Shown: piece after piece, positions 22,608 through 38,555 of the stretch
Numbering within the stretch: position 1 is the first letter of the stretch
How the letters are laid out: the number at the start of each line of letters is the position of its first letter
NCBI GenBank assembly: GCA_010093705.1
Contig: MU006101.1
Coordinates: forward strand, 347,614-411,613
Direction: 5' to 3'
DNA length: 64,000 nucleotides
Source of the DNA: Patellaria atrata CBS 101060
Lineage: Eukaryota
Translations under genes and position numbers: made by a program
The notes under the pieces: generated by a model
Told to the model about the DNA's origin: nothing
Databases searched by the model: none
Seen by the model: only the letters and a program-made list of their open reading frames with translations

Positions 22608-23285
22608 GGGGTCTCTAGTTCCTCGTTCGGGCGGGGGGTTGTTGGACTTTGGAAATCAGATGACTATCTTGGGAAATTATCTTCCTTTTATTCTCGACTC
22701 CTTCTGCACGCATCTTTGGTCGGGTTTCCATCACCGTCACTCTCAAATGGTCGTTGAATATATCACTGTAGATCTAATGTCGCTTTGTGGGTCTTCTGCG
22801 CGTAGTACGCGATCTGGTGGTTGAATACTCGTCATGACTCCTAATGTGACCTTCAAACTTCGGCCAATGGAAAGGATTTTCAGTCCATCCAACCTCATTG
22901 AGTAAGATCTAGAGACTCAACTTCACTTCACCAAACAAGTAACCTACAGTACCAGTTAAATGTTGTTAAGAGTTCCATTTGTTATTCTATGCTATTTCGT
23001 AGAACTTACTTTGACACCCTTCCCCATTCCGCATAACAACGCTTGGTGAACAACAACTAGGATACTACTACTTCCGCTACATTACCAAGCTCGATTATCT
23101 CTACTGTCGAGTTCATCCCACTAGCGTGCACAGATTATTCAAGAAAGCCAAAGCGATATGTTGAGAAAGTCTTTTCAATTCTATATGAAGTTATACAAAA
23201 ACCAGCGTAGTTTTGTGGGGCGCGAGTGATGCTACGATCATACTAGGGTGAACCTGCCAACTAGAGTAAAAGCAATTGTCGACCC

Positions 23286-24669
23286 TCAATCTTTCTTCGA
23301 GAAGTAGTTTGCCAGAGTATTCTTCTGCGGACTCTTCTCTTTCGCCTTCTTCGGGCTCTCCTGTTTCTCAGGTTTCTCACCAACCCTCAACGCACGCATC
23401 AACTCCTCAAACTCCTCAACTGGTACAATCCCACCGCTCGCCTCCTTATGACCCCTTGCGAACGCATCTCCGAGTCGTTCTCGCAGAGTTGGATCTTCTG
23501 CCAAATCCGCAAAACTTTTTAAACTCTCGATGAGATTGACCGGCGGGTCTCTGCTCCGTGCACAACGAGGTATGCGGCACGAGAAGTTGACATAACCGGG
23601 TAGATAGCCCGAATTCGCAACGAGCACAACTTCTAGCTTCTTGGAATTGAGGTGGCCAGCCCATCGAGTGGCAATTACTGGGTGGACCTGAGCGCCGCTG
23701 CTTATACGCAGAACAGCGACTTTGCCGTCGTACGAGAACTTAGGAGGTGTATGCGTACAGCGTTCAGTTTCTGCAAACACTTCGTCGCGCGCTAGGTGTA
23801 ATCTCTTAACTTGTAGTACGTCCTCAGGTTTAGTAGCATCTACGAGAGCATTCCACGCCGAGATGACGTCGTAGGTCGCTGTTCTGCGAGGAGCGTTAAG
23901 TGCAGATACGCAATCATTCAAGGCCTTCTTAGAATACCTCTTGAAAGTATCTGTCATATCTGGGAAGGGTGGAAGCCATTTGATGGTCGTGCCCAGATCA
24001 CCATGCGTACCAATTATACACAGCCAAGCACACTGTTCTTTCACAACCGGATGAAGTTCAGCGCATAACGTATATGTTAGAAGGGATGCCGTTGCGACGG
24101 GCGGCGAGTGACAAGCGGTGACAAATTGTGCACCATTTGGAAAACTTCCATCTTCCGCATGGTGATGGTCTATAATAAGTGCAGTATGGGGAGAATCGAT
24201 AACAGGAGGACCACTCCGGGATCCTTGATCAAGCACAAACACGTAACTTGGATTGTGAGATGCCATCTTATCGCGTTCGACATCAGTATGAATAGTGTTC
24301 CCTTTGCTTATAAGGTGAACAGCAATGTTGTCGGCAGATGCACCTAGTAATATGAGGGTACGACGAAGGATGCACCCCGATGTAAGTCCATCAGCGTCCT
24401 TGTCCGGAACGATGAGTATTCTATTGTTGGGTTGGGCACTGAGAGCGTCAGTAATAATGCCAATCGATACATTTGCTAGTGATACCAGACCTTTCCCTGA
24501 TGGTTTTACGAGCATTCTGTATCTGCACTTTAGGGGCTGGCCATATGATATTATCATTCTCATCGCGTAGCGAAGTTGTAAGATGATATTCGGGAACCTC
24601 TATTTTCGCCTTTTTCGAAGATGAACGCCCAGTAGAAGGGGCTTCCTTCCTCTTAAGTGTTGAAGCCAT
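23286..24669 (-). CDS. DHH-family phosphoesterase (RecJ-like)
   Basis: Motifs PDKDADG, VLDQG, IIDHH, GTHGD and a DHHA1-like RGHKEASG; exon 1 MASTLKRK... joined by an intron at ~24490-24439. Confidence 0.85.
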
Positions 24670-25761
24670 CCTAAACTTAGATAGTAGTCTTAGATTTTGG
24701 TTGCTAGATCGAGACAGCACTTGAAATAGGTTATTATTGGACACCGGACGAAATAAAGATGCGATAGGAAGTAGCAACGATGTTTTGAAAATGATGACCA
24801 TAACCAATCATTTAGAAAGCATTCCAATCAATGGGCAGTGACTGATCGAACGAGATTAACATCACTTGGGACTATACCGAGCAGAAATGAAGCGACAAAA
24901 GGGACTTCAAACATGTCATGACGTTAGTGGTAAGACCAATTGACTATGAACAGTTTGCAAGTGAAAAAAGATTTAGCTAGAGATGAGATCCCAATTCCAG
25001 CTCGAGCATCACGAAAGTATCAAAATGGTGTCAAAAGGAGCTTTCTGGACCAGATGTCAAGGCAGCACAGTCGCAAGCACTCCGCAGCTGCAGAACTGCG
25101 TGGTTGTCGGGCAAACACGTTCGACGAAATATAATTACCAAGCATTGCCCTTTGGGGAAACCACACTTCAGTCTAACCGAAAAGCCTCTAGTGGGTAATC
25201 CCTTCCATCTCATCACAGAAACTGAACTTGAACCACTTTGTCTAAAGATCTCATGTTACACATGGATGTTCAAGATTTTTGGAGAAGATATCAGAATATT
25301 ATATGAAACTGTTCTATTCCTAATCGTTAAGAAGATGACCAAAAAAATTCACGGCCTTTTTGAAGTTTTTGGTGTATAATATGCCAAGACTCGGACATGC
25401 CTGAGGACTGAACTAACGATAAATGGGCATCTCAGGAGAACGCTCACCCATTACGCCTTTCTAAAATCATAAACGATAAGGGGGACATGTTCTTCGGACT
25501 CCTTCACCACTCATAGGCTTCATCTTACGGCAAGATGGATAGGGATGTCGAGAGAGCATACTTCCACTCACTTCAGCAAGCACTGGGTTCATCGTTGTAT
25601 ATCAATATGGCTTAGAGGTTTAACATTGAAGGTAGGTTTTAAGAGATAATACGTTGCTAGCAATAGAATAGTACTTCATAACCAACGATCCCGCCGCCAT
25701 ATTATTCACCGAGCACACCCATCGAAGATACCTGCGACTGAAACCGAAGCTACCGCTCACC

Positions 25762-26652
25762 TTACACCATTCTCCTCTCCCAATGCCTCACCTGACTCCT
25801 CCTGGAAGGGATCATCGTCCCATTCAATCCACACCCAGCATTCACACAACTAGAAATGGTATGAATATACCTAATCTCCCCGCCCTCGACCCTAAACATA
25901 TGACTATCCGGCATGGGCGTCTGTCCCTGACTCCTATCCAGCCCCGGGAAGCCCAAAAACATAACCACAACCCCCATCGCCTCATCAACGATATACCTCT
26001 TATTCGTGACCGTGATATTCGTCGGGATGCCTAGATTACACGTATTCGTCGTGATGTTCCCCGTGCGGGACGTGTAGGCCCCGCCCTCGAGCCTCGCGCA
26101 CGGCGTCCCGAACGGCACGTCGACCGACGCGTTGTGGAAGCGCTCGAAGTACGCATCCCCGGCATGCTGGATCACCTCCCGCGTGTCCCGCATCCCCTCG
26201 GGGATCGGGTTCCACCGCTCGAACGAGTTCCAGTACAGATACCCCGTCGCGTTGAACAGCCAATCGCCCTGATCACTGACCACGCTCTCGATGGTCGTGA
26301 CAACGCCGTTCGTCAGCAGCATCCGCGTCCCGATGACGTACGGGTGCGGGCTGTTGGCCACGATGAGCTCGGTGAAGGTGCCACAGAGCACTGGGTCGTG
26401 TATGCTGCGCGCGTGGTCGATCTTCATCGGTTGCTGGATGATGCCGTTGGCGATGTTGAGCGCGACTTCGTTCTCACTGTAGCTGATATTGTATGAGAGT
26501 AGCGTGAAGTTCGTGACCAGCCCCGTCGATTGTGTCGTTACATATTGCTCCGTTACGGCCTCCAGCAGCGTGCGGTTGCATTGCGGTTCGCCGGTTTGCG
26601 CGACCGCGGTGGCAGCCATTGCGCCCAGTGCGAGGAGGAGTGAGCGAAGCAT
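25762..26652 (-). CDS. Secreted Cys-containing protein of unknown function (fungal family, two similar halves)
   Basis: Signal peptide MLRSLLLALGAMAATAVA; CNRTLL, YSENE, GDWLFNA, AGDAYF, PCARLEGG; several N-glycosylation sequons; strong GC3 bias. Confidence 0.85.
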   Translation of the reverse strand: MLRSLLLALGAMAATAVAQTGEPQCNRTLLEAVTEQYVTTQSTGLVTNFTLLSYNISYSENEVALNIANGIIQQPMKIDHARSIHDPVLCGTFTELIVANSPHPYVIGTRMLLTNGVVTTIESVVSDQGDWLFNATGYLYWNSFERWNPIPEGMRDTREVIQHAGDAYFERFHNASVDVPFGTPCARLEGGAYTSRTGNITTNTCNLGIPTNITVTNKRYIVDEAMGVVVMFLGFPGLDRSQGQTPMPDSHMFRVEGGEIRYIHTISSCVNAGCGLNGTMIPSRRSQVRHWERRMV

Positions 26653-27479
26653 CTTGATCTCTCCCTCTCTATCCGATCTTCAGGGTCGTGAGGAGGAACA
26701 GCGTGGTCAATTGCAGATATTGACGTTCTCCTGAGCTTCGTTATAACCCTCTCTCTTCCCCCTTTCCCGATGTCAATTATGACGTTTCATCATCGTAAAG
26801 AGGAGAAAATACCATTTAAACCCCCTCAAGAGTCCAAAAAGCATTTCGGCACTTTAGTCCAATCGATACCATGGAGCGATATACTTGTTGCTTGCAACGG
26901 CCACATATTTATATAAAAATCATATCAAGGTGCATGGACCCCTTGTATTCTTTAAGGTACGGAAAGATCTCCACGCTGCGGACGTAGTGTGGGGAACCCA
27001 GCTACCTCATCTACTCAAGTCACCTTTTAACCGGTCTAAGGAATCATCCTACTTGGGAGGATCGAATTTGGAAAGTTTCCTGTCTTGTACTATGTTTTCT
27101 GATATCGCTGCAAATTGCTACATGTTCAGTTTTCGGTGTCAGTTTTGGAGACCGGGGGAACACCCTATCATTTGCTGACTACACATCACGTCTCATGCAG
27201 TTTTAGAGGGATTATAATTTCAATATCTATAACCCCTCGATGGCTTGTATCAAACGAATGGGATATAAGTCGAACCCATTATACTTTAGCCTCCTACGCA
27301 GTCTAACCTAACCGCTCTTTGAAATCGAACATACCTTTTCAATTTCGTGGATGTTCTTCAGTCTCCCCACCACGGAAAGGATATTGAAGATAAAAGAAAT
27401 TTAGCACATTACAAGATGTATATATCTAGATATTTAGAAGCAATGCGCGGCCGGTCTATATCACGCAGGAGTCTTCCAA

Positions 27480-29894
27480 TTAGAGCGTAGACTCGAGCGC
27501 AAGCACCTGAGGATATGTTAGCATTGATCTCGAAGGTAGTCGAACAGAATGAAACTCACAATAGCGGTTCTAGCCGGAATATAGACTTGCAAAAAGTTCT
27601 TCCTACCATTCCACCCGAATGGTGTCGTGAAATACCTCTGCTGAGCATTCAACCTGGCGTGGCCACCAAACTGCTCATCGTCGGTATTGAGGATGATTCT
27701 ATACGTCCCCTCCTGCTCGACACCGATCCTATAGTCCGTGAAGCTGGAGCTAGGATGCCAGTTGAAGATCCACAAAAGCCCTGCCCGCTCAAATACAATA
27801 ACTTTGTCGCCTTCATGCTTCAAGCTAACGTAAGCTTGCTCACTGTGCAACCAACCGTACTTTTCTTCCGTCCACTGCATCTTGCTGTCAAACTCATTGA
27901 GGAACCGATAGCGTAGCAGTTGGTCGTCAACTAGGTTAAACTGGCGCCGCGCATAGTGGAAGCTGTTGCCATTGCCCTCACGTGGAAAGTCAAGCCACTC
28001 AGGATGTCCGAACTCGTTACCTTCAAAGTTGAGATATCCTTCACCGCCTAGTCCATGTGTAATTAGGCGAATCATCTTATGCAAAGCAAGGCCACGATCA
28101 ATCACCGGAGTTAATTCCGAGAGAACGGACATGTTGGTGTACATTTCGGCATCGCAAAGCCACATAAGTAGAGATTTGTCTCCGACAAGCCTAGATATCG
28201 TTAATAGATGAAATTATGAACTTAGTGAATGCCTTACGCTTGGTCGTGGCTTTCCGCATATGCAATCGTCTTTTCACCGTGCCGGCGGTTAGTCAATGTG
28301 AACGCGAGATTGCCCATATCCCAGTCAATGTCCTGCTTCTCTTTTAGCCATTTGATATAGAGATCTGGAATGGCCATAGCAAGCCTGTAATCAAAGCCAA
28401 CACCTCCCAACGACAGGGCTACGCAGAGACCAGGCATACCAGATACGTCTTCTGCTATCGTGATGACTTCAGGATATAGCTGATGTAATAGTTCATTAGC
28501 AAGCATGAGATAAACAACACCTTCCTCATCAACTCCAGGTCCGAAGTACTCGTGATAACCACCAGAGAATCCCCTTTAGAGATTAGCGAAGTCTAAAAAG
28601 TGGATAGAATAAATTACTCACGTTCCAATACCATGATGAGAGTATAGCATGCTGGTTACACCGTCAAACCGGAATCCATCGAATTGATACTCTTCCATCC
28701 AGAAGCGCAGGTTACTCAGGAGAAATCTCAGAACCTCATGATTTCCATAATTGAACAAACGACTATCCCATAGTTCGTGACGGCCCTTAGCTCCTTCGTG
28801 GAAATACTGGTGATCGCTATTATCGAACATGTTCAAACCATCCAACACATTCTTGGATGCGTGGCTGTGTACAACATCCAGCAATACTGTGATTCCCATT
28901 CCATGTGCTGTGTCAATCAGGTCTTTCAAATCGTCTGGTAATCCATAACGGCTACTAGCGGCAAAGAAGCTGTTGATCTGATAGCCAAAGCTAGCGTAAT
29001 ATGCATGTTCCATTATCGCCATCAGTTGAATTACATTATAACCCAGCTTCTTGATACGAGGTAAAACATTCCGTGTAAATTCTTTATATGTTGCTACTTT
29101 TGGATCAGGGGAAGAAATTCCCACGTGGGCTTCGTAGATACGAACGCTCGCTGGTTTCTTCGGTCGTGGGTTTTTGAAGACATATCGTTGATCCTTTGGA
29201 GGGTACCAAAATCGGGCATCATAAACAGGGGAGACAGATAGGTCTTGAGTTACTCGTGTGATCCACGCGGGAATACGTTCTTGTCGTGCGTGGTCATTCG
29301 GTACGACAAGGGAGATCTTGAGTTTCGAATCGTGTGGAATCGCTGGTTGGCCATCTTTTCCTGGTATTGTAACTTCGAATACTCCAAAGTTATTCTTAAC
29401 CATAGGGGTGGCATCTCTGTTCCATCCATCTATACACGTTAGAACTGTGAACTTGTCTTTTGACTCTTTACACATACTGAAATCTCCTATGAGATACGCT
29501 CTAAGAGCATTTGGTGCCCACTCTCGATACACCACATCGCCATTGTCTTTTACTATCAATCCAAACTTCTCGTAGCCCTGGGAGGTTGTTAGACAATTGA
29601 CATGCTCGCTGTGTGACGCGTAGTCCTGACCTTGCTGAACTTGTCCAATCCACCTTCTGTCTCGTCTATCGTTTTGATCCATTGTTGGGCTTTGAAATAG
29701 CGACTGCGTAATGCGTCTCTGAAAGGGGAAAGCCAGGGATCCAATTGAACGATACCTGTACACCAAAGTCAGTACTGCTGCAATTGAGCAAGCGAGAGGG
29801 AAAGGACTATATCAGACATACCTGTTCCATCGTTAGCCGTACGCCCGGCTGCTTCGCCTAAGACTGAATTGTCTGATTTCTGGTTGAGCTCCAT
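27480..29894 (-). CDS. GLC3: 1,4-alpha-glucan (glycogen) branching enzyme, GH13, multi-exon
   Basis: [69 protein letters not shown]. Confidence 0.97.
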
Positions 29895-30746
29895 GACAGA
29901 TAGTTGGCAGTTTGCTTAGATTAGCATGTGAAAAATGGCCTGTGCTTCGTGAGGATCTAATCGGTGATCGCTCGACGATGAGGATGGCACTTCCTGATAG
30001 ACAGATCCGAAGTTTGAGTAAGACGATATTTTAGTAGTAAGGAGGGGAAGATTGATGATGGTTAAAGGTAGGTTGACAGGTTTGAATGCGGGGATATGAC
30101 TGACAGCTTCTCCAAACGCCCAATTCTTCAGTTTCGTTTTCGTTGCGTAGTTTGCTGAGGATTTTCATCCCGACCACCACCGATTTCGACACCCCAATGC
30201 AGCAAAACGTCATGCACTAATGCCGCCCTATCCTGGCGGCTTGGGAACCCCTTTCCGGAACTTTCCTTCCTTCTTAGCGCCACGACCAGCCCAAATTCCG
30301 CCGTTTAGAGCCCAAGACACGCGCGCTTAAGGTTACTGATGGTACGAGGTAAGCCATAGCGGTGACTGCTGCTGCTATCCGTTGCACCATACCGTAGTTC
30401 TACCGTTAAAATGCTCCAATAGTCCAGATAAAACATGTATGTAAGGGGCATACTACTGTGCCTATACCTACTTATACCCCGCACGATAAGGATTACATAT
30501 ACTGTATACCATGGATGGTGATAATCATGGCTACCTTATTGCCGATTACATATCGCGCTTGTCGCTTAGTACTCCCTCTGTTATCGTCTGAACCCCGCAT
30601 GGGAGCTCAATGCTCCAACCTGGCACCTTTCCGCCGGTATATGTCCATTATTGACAACTATCAACAGCAAGAAGTGTCATATTGATGGAATATTAGCATT
30701 TTCCAACTACGTATAACCTCCGTCCAGTCTCAAGGTGACCGTGAAG

Positions 30747-32660
30747 ATGGCGACTGCCATAACCGTTTCTCCTCAAGCTCGCATCTCCTACCTTGCCCTC
30801 TATTCCATCCGAAGAAGCTATAGCACGTCCTCAAGAAAAGCCAATGGACAATTCAGCAGATCAGACTTTGGTTCGCAGCCTTTTACAGGCACGTACGAAC
30901 CGGGTAGGCCCACAGAAGGCCCCTTAGGTGGTGCCAGTCCCACCGGTGCGCCTCGTATCACTCCAAGATCGTTGAAAGACCATCTGGATCAATTCGTTGT
31001 GGGCCAGGAAAGAGCAAAGAAGGTCCTTAGTGTGGCAGTATATAATCACTATCAAAGAATTGAAGAGTTGAAGAGGCAGCAGGAAGAGCATGAAGCGCTG
31101 CTGGAGCAACAAGCGCGACGGGAGATGGGACGACCGCATCCGGTTGAAGGTATGGAACTGTGCATGCGCCATAATTCTGCTCTTGCTTATTAATTGACTA
31201 TCAGTGGTAGACGAATACCCAGGACATCAGCAAACCGTTGCGTACGTTCCACCATCAACGCAAGCTCCCCTCGGCTCCTCTCCAATCCAGGATCACAGTC
31301 CCTTAACTATCGAGAAGTCGAATGTACTATTATTGGGCCCGACAGGTGTTGGGAAGACACTTATTGCCAAAACTTTAGCTCGAATCCTCGAAGTGCCCTT
31401 CAGCATGTCTGACTGCACACCATTTACCCAAGCAGGGTATATAGGTGAAGATGTCGAGGTATGCGTACAGCGGCTATTAGCGGCAGCAGACTACGATGTA
31501 GCAGCGGCAGAGCGAGGAATAATCTGCTTGGATGAGATTGATAAGATCGCCACAGCAAAAATGGCACATGGTAAAGATGTCAGTGGGGAGGGCGTCCAAC
31601 AAGCACTTCTCAAGATCATAGAGGGCACGACTCTGCAGATTCAAGCCAAACAAGAGCGTAGTGGAGGAGGTAAAGCGCCTAGTAACGCACCCGGTTCAGC
31701 TGGCGGTACATACTCTTCCCAGAAACCACTTGGGGGTAATCTAAGTTCAAACCAGACCGGAGGCAAGGGCGAGGTTTACAATGTTCGCACTGATAACATT
31801 CTCTTCATCTTCACAGGCGCGTTTGTAGGCTTGCACAAGATGACCCTCGAGCGAGTTTCGAAAGGCAGTATTGGCTTCGGAGCTACCGTTCGCTCTTCCT
31901 CACCTACGGCGGGTACACACGAAACTACGTTCAAGGGCCAGGACGAAATGTTCCGAAAATATCTACCATATTTCATAATACCTTCGGAATCTTCTCAGGG
32001 ATCCAGCATAGAGCGAACTTACAATACGCTCGACTTGGTTGAACCTTCGGACCTTCAGAAGTATGGGATGATACCGGAATTGCTCGGACGAATCCCGATA
32101 TCATGTGCTCTCTCTGCGCTAGATGAAGAAGCACTAGTCAGAGTCTTAACTGAACCTCGAAACAGCTTAATGAGACAATACGAACAACTCTTTCAGCTGA
32201 GCGGAATTGAACTCCGCTTCACAAGCGGCGCTTTGCGGGAGATAGCAAAAACAGCAGCTGCAATGGGTACCGGCGCTAGAGGTTTGAGAACGGTATTGGA
32301 AAGGTTGTTAGGGGAAACTATGTTCGAGACACCCGGTGAGTTATCCCTTGATCTTTGATCTCTGCTGCTTTAAAAATCTTTTGCGTGTCTCACTTGGGAG
32401 CCCTATGGATATTTGTGCTAATAAGGTACGCAGGTTCCCCTATAAGACACATCCTCATTACCGAGCGCGTTGCACAGCGTAAAAAAGCACCAATATACAT
32501 GCTTCGCGGCCAAAAGTCAGATTTCCATGCTATGATAGCAGAGGAGGAGGAAGACTGGGAGTCACGGCAATTGTCAGAGAAGGAAGCATCAAGACGTGAA
32601 GATCCCAATTCTATACACTCTTTCGAGGAGTATCGACAGAAGGCTACGGGGTTTATGTGA
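30747..32660 (+). CDS. MCX1: Mitochondrial ClpX AAA+ chaperone
   Basis: [69 protein letters not shown]; two introns. Confidence 0.95.
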
Positions 32661-33171
32661 CAAGCGACGCTGTTGTGGACAATACCGGCCTATCCTTTTT
32701 TGTCACAGATGCGGAGTTATGTATGAACGTATATGATGACGAATTACAGATTTACCTCAAAGGAATGGGATTTATGGGAGTCCGTCGGTCACATCTGTAT
32801 TTTCCTAGAGAAGGAAACCTTTTCCGTCTGATAATCTTCGAATACTGTTTCATTTGCGTGCTCCTTTCACATGTGTACTTATAGTAATGATAGAAGATAC
32901 CGTCCAGCGTAACTAATGTGGGATCTCAATGGTCCTATATACTCCGGGTCAAATAGTTTCTCAATCGTAAATCTACAATGAGGTTTCAAAGAGTGTTACG
33001 GAAAAAGTTGATGTTGTGGGTTGACTCGCAGCTCGATTCGGACTAGCGGCCATCGGCTGGAATCGAAGGAACCTTTCTTCTCCCGACCTCACAGCACCCT
33101 CAAGCTCTCTCCCCAATCCAACACATCGCACCTCTCCACTCTCATCACATCGCTGTTTGACGTCCTTCAGA

Positions 33172-35082
<1,911 letters not shown>

Positions 35083-35842
35083 ACACTTTAGACCCTGCTC
35101 TGTTGTTTTTCCTTCTTTACGCCCACTCCCCATTCTGTACATTGAGAGATAAAAGTGGGGGATTCCGCTGCAGGGTGGAATGAGTGTGGAGATACTGACC
35201 TGTGTAAAGTTAGTCGTGATCTGAATCGAAACTTCTTCTCTGTTCGTGTAGTTTGCTGTCCTTAGGGGATATATGTGATGTGGTATCGTGTCTTTCCTCG
35301 GGAAGTGAAATTATGAGGTAGATTTATTCTGGGAGAGATAAGGTACCGCGAGTTGAACTGTAAAAGCAAGTGAAAAGTGGTAAGAAATCATGTTTTCATG
35401 TACGAGCTTTATTTATCTATAGAGCAAGGTAAGTGACTGATTAACCGGTTGGTAAGGTGATGTTCCGGTTCATTTCCTAGTAATTTCTCGTTTTCAGTGC
35501 GCTTTTGGTATATTTGTCTTCTTGTTCATAGCGTAAGGACGTTCAAATTTATCAGTCATATTTCTGCTGGTGTATAGCGTATGGGAAGAAACCAATGTTG
35601 AGCATCAATCTCTAGCAACATTCAGACACTCCAGTCACATATCCCGTCACAAGAACCATTTGAGACATCATAGCCATCAATATCCCATCATATCAACATA
35701 CCTACCACCGAACTCATCTGTGCGGCTGCGAAGAGGGTATGAAGGCATGATCTGGTTTTCTCGAACGGACGAGGTCAAAATAGCCTTGATCGATATCGAT
35801 AGACTGTACTGTACACTACACTCCGTCCAAATTTTATATACA

Positions 35843-37303
35843 TCACGATTTCTTCTTTTTCCTGTCTAAAGCACTGTCCGAGCTCTCACCGATATCGTTG
35901 ATGATGATGCCTAATATCCACACGTTGACGAGAAAGAAAGTAATGCTCGCGGTCCACAGTCCAGGCACGAATGCCGATTTACCCAGAAATTCGAGTTGGT
36001 AACCTTGTTGGAGCCAGAAAACCTAACGGGGTTAACATGGTTGGTCTACTCTTCCTATTTTTGATACTAGTTAACGATGACTTACTTGTCCGAAAATCCA
36101 TAGACCCAATGCAGTCAATCCAAGCTTTGGTTGGTGCAGCAATGATGAGGATGGCAGATAGAACGGCAAGAAGACCAGATACCACAGAAAGTACTTCCCA
36201 TCGTCAGTGGTATTTCTTGAGAGCCATCAAAGTGCTGGGTACTTACTTGACTGGTGCAGACTTTGTTGAAAGTCACAAATGCAAAAGTTTGCGCAAGCAT
36301 GGTCCTCGGGAGGTCTTTCTTTGCAAGAGCAAGGGGAATGAGCGCAGCACTAAGTCCTAGTTGGGGGATAAATGCTAGAGACTCCAAATGGAACGAAGAT
36401 CTGCTGATAGGTGAGGAGTTGATGTAGAGTAACATATTGTATGGCGAGAAGTTGTGTCGGTGGTCTGTACGTGTCAAGTGATAGAGATAGCTATGCTGTA
36501 TAAATGGCCATCCGTATCTGAAGGAGTGGTTAGTGCTTAGATTCTGCTATGTCACTCAACTCCGTGTAAAGCCCATATTTTACTCACAATTTGTACATCG
36601 AAATATTGAGAAGCATAAAAGTGATGGTACTCGAGATTGCAAGCTTCAATCTGTCCGCATTGAAAAAGTTTACAATCTTGGAAGATACCGAGGTATCTCC
36701 CTTTAAGACAGGTTTAGATTTAGGTTGATTTATCTCAAGCCACCAGATGATGGATGGTGCGTATATGAACGGATAGATTTTGAAATGCACTCCAAACCCT
36801 AGAAGGATACCAGCAAGTGTAATATGCCTCTGGGTGACGGCCCAAAGCAAAGCTGTGACAATAACACCTAGTAGACCCTCAGAGCTACCCCTCGTACTAA
36901 TTTGCGCAACCATGGGGTTGAGCAACCATATGCTTGCGAACTTCAAAGCTCGACCACGAGGCATTCCAGAATATGACTGAAGAATTAGCATGATGAGCCA
37001 TCCAGTAACAATATCGCCAAATGCGAAGAGAACTTTTCCAAAGGAGAACCACAAGCCATCCCAGGTAGTGGGATATATGAGCCATGCTAAAATAGGAGTA
37101 TAACGATACGTGTCTCTTGCATAGGGTGAGCGACCTCTTGAAATAAAACGAGCTGCATCTGTAAAGACCATGTAGTCGATATCTGTGTACTTCATGGGAG
37201 AGAATGCATCTTGAAAGATACCATATACGAGCAAGATTGCTCTTAGAGCAATTGCACTCGAGAATACAAAAACTGGATTTGATAGGTACTGAGAAAAGGT
37301 CAT
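35843..37303 (-). CDS. GPI14: GPI mannosyltransferase I (PIG-M)
   Basis: KYTDIDY, SPYARDTYRYTP, ISTRGSSE, HFKIYP, RTDHRHNFSPY, FVTFNKVCTSQ; ends RKKKKS (ER-retrieval-like). Confidence 0.95.
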
Positions 37304-37573
37304 CTTGGGTTGATCTTGAAGACAGCAGGAAAAGTTACTGTCAGTACGGTTCTAGAAATTTGGCCATGTTCAACCTGATGATAGCGGAAAAGCAATAGAA
37401 AACAGCGTGAAAATGGATAGATATTTGGTTGCTGAGTGTAGTTGTGAGATGCTGCCCGTCACTTGAATTTGTGTCTAACCTTAGCGTCCGCTCCACCCCG
37501 CGCTTGGCAGTTCTTTCTATCATGAACTCAGAGCAATATTCCGCAACAACAAAACGCGTCATGCTCTTCGCAG

Positions 37574-38555
37574 ATGGATAGTCGTAAAAGACGACACGAC
37601 GGAACCATGACAGATATTTCGAAGTCTTCCTCTGCCTCACTATTCCTTCCTATGTTCGAAGGATTTCGGGCGGAGTTAGATGAACACCACGACCGTCGAG
37701 AGCGGGTTATCAAAGCCTCTCGAGATATCACAGCGGCGAGCAAGAAGATGTGAGCTTACAATATTTATTTTAAGGCGTGTGTCTGACTTATCATAGCATA
37801 TTTTCTTTACAACGGTATGAGGACCATTGACCATACAACCTGGTACCTCTAACGTTCAATTCAGAATAAAAAAACTGAATGAACCGATTCCAAATTTTGT
37901 CACAAAGGCGAATGCGCAACATTGGGATAACATTGCAAAACAATATAAGACCATTTCTCCCGATCTGCAAGATTTGAATACCCATAGATATGAGCGTAAT
38001 ATCACAGGTGGTAATCAAGAGTTGATGGAGTCTCTAAGCTTTCAACATTACCTCTCAACGCAGACACTCATTTCGTACGATGATGCTTGCGCTAAGGTCT
38101 CGGAACTTAGCGAGAAAGGTAAACCCGTTCAGTTGAGCATTGAAGATTACGTCTTAGGAATATTCGACATGGTAGGAGAACTCATGAGATTCGCCATTAC
38201 TGCTATGGCAACTGGTGGAGAACTACCGGGAGGGAGTTCCACATCTACTGAGAACCGCAAGGTTGCGGATGAGGACACCATGGAAGTAGACTCTGAAGAG
38301 AAGCGATCTCTACCTCCTAGGAATGCTCTTTCAGATATGCGAGAGCTGCGTACGTATCTTGAGTACCTTGAGGTACCCCGAGGAACATACTTCGGTAAAG
38401 ATGTTGACAAGAAGATGGAGGTAATGCGGACCTGTGTTGAGAAGGTTGAAAACGCATTGTATGGGTTAGTTGTTCGTGGTAGCGAACGACCCAAGGGTTG
38501 GATCCCGGAATTCACTGGAAGCAGTAGAGGACCAGAGCCGGTTGAGGCAGTATAG
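37574..38555 (+). CDS. TRAX: Translin-associated factor X (TRAX; C3PO catalytic subunit)
   Basis: ELDEHHDRRERVIKASRDIT, QELMES, DYVLGIFDMVGELMR, KVENALYGLVVRGSE; includes an 18-nt exon 37797-37814. Confidence 0.88.

Noticed and set aside
21400..23200. Intact LTR retrotransposon around the Gag-like ORF
   Set aside because: No pol domains, paired LTRs or target-site duplication seen
24850..25650. Possible gene relic between the DHH and secreted-protein genes
   Set aside because: Fragments are short, mutually inconsistent and unrecognisable
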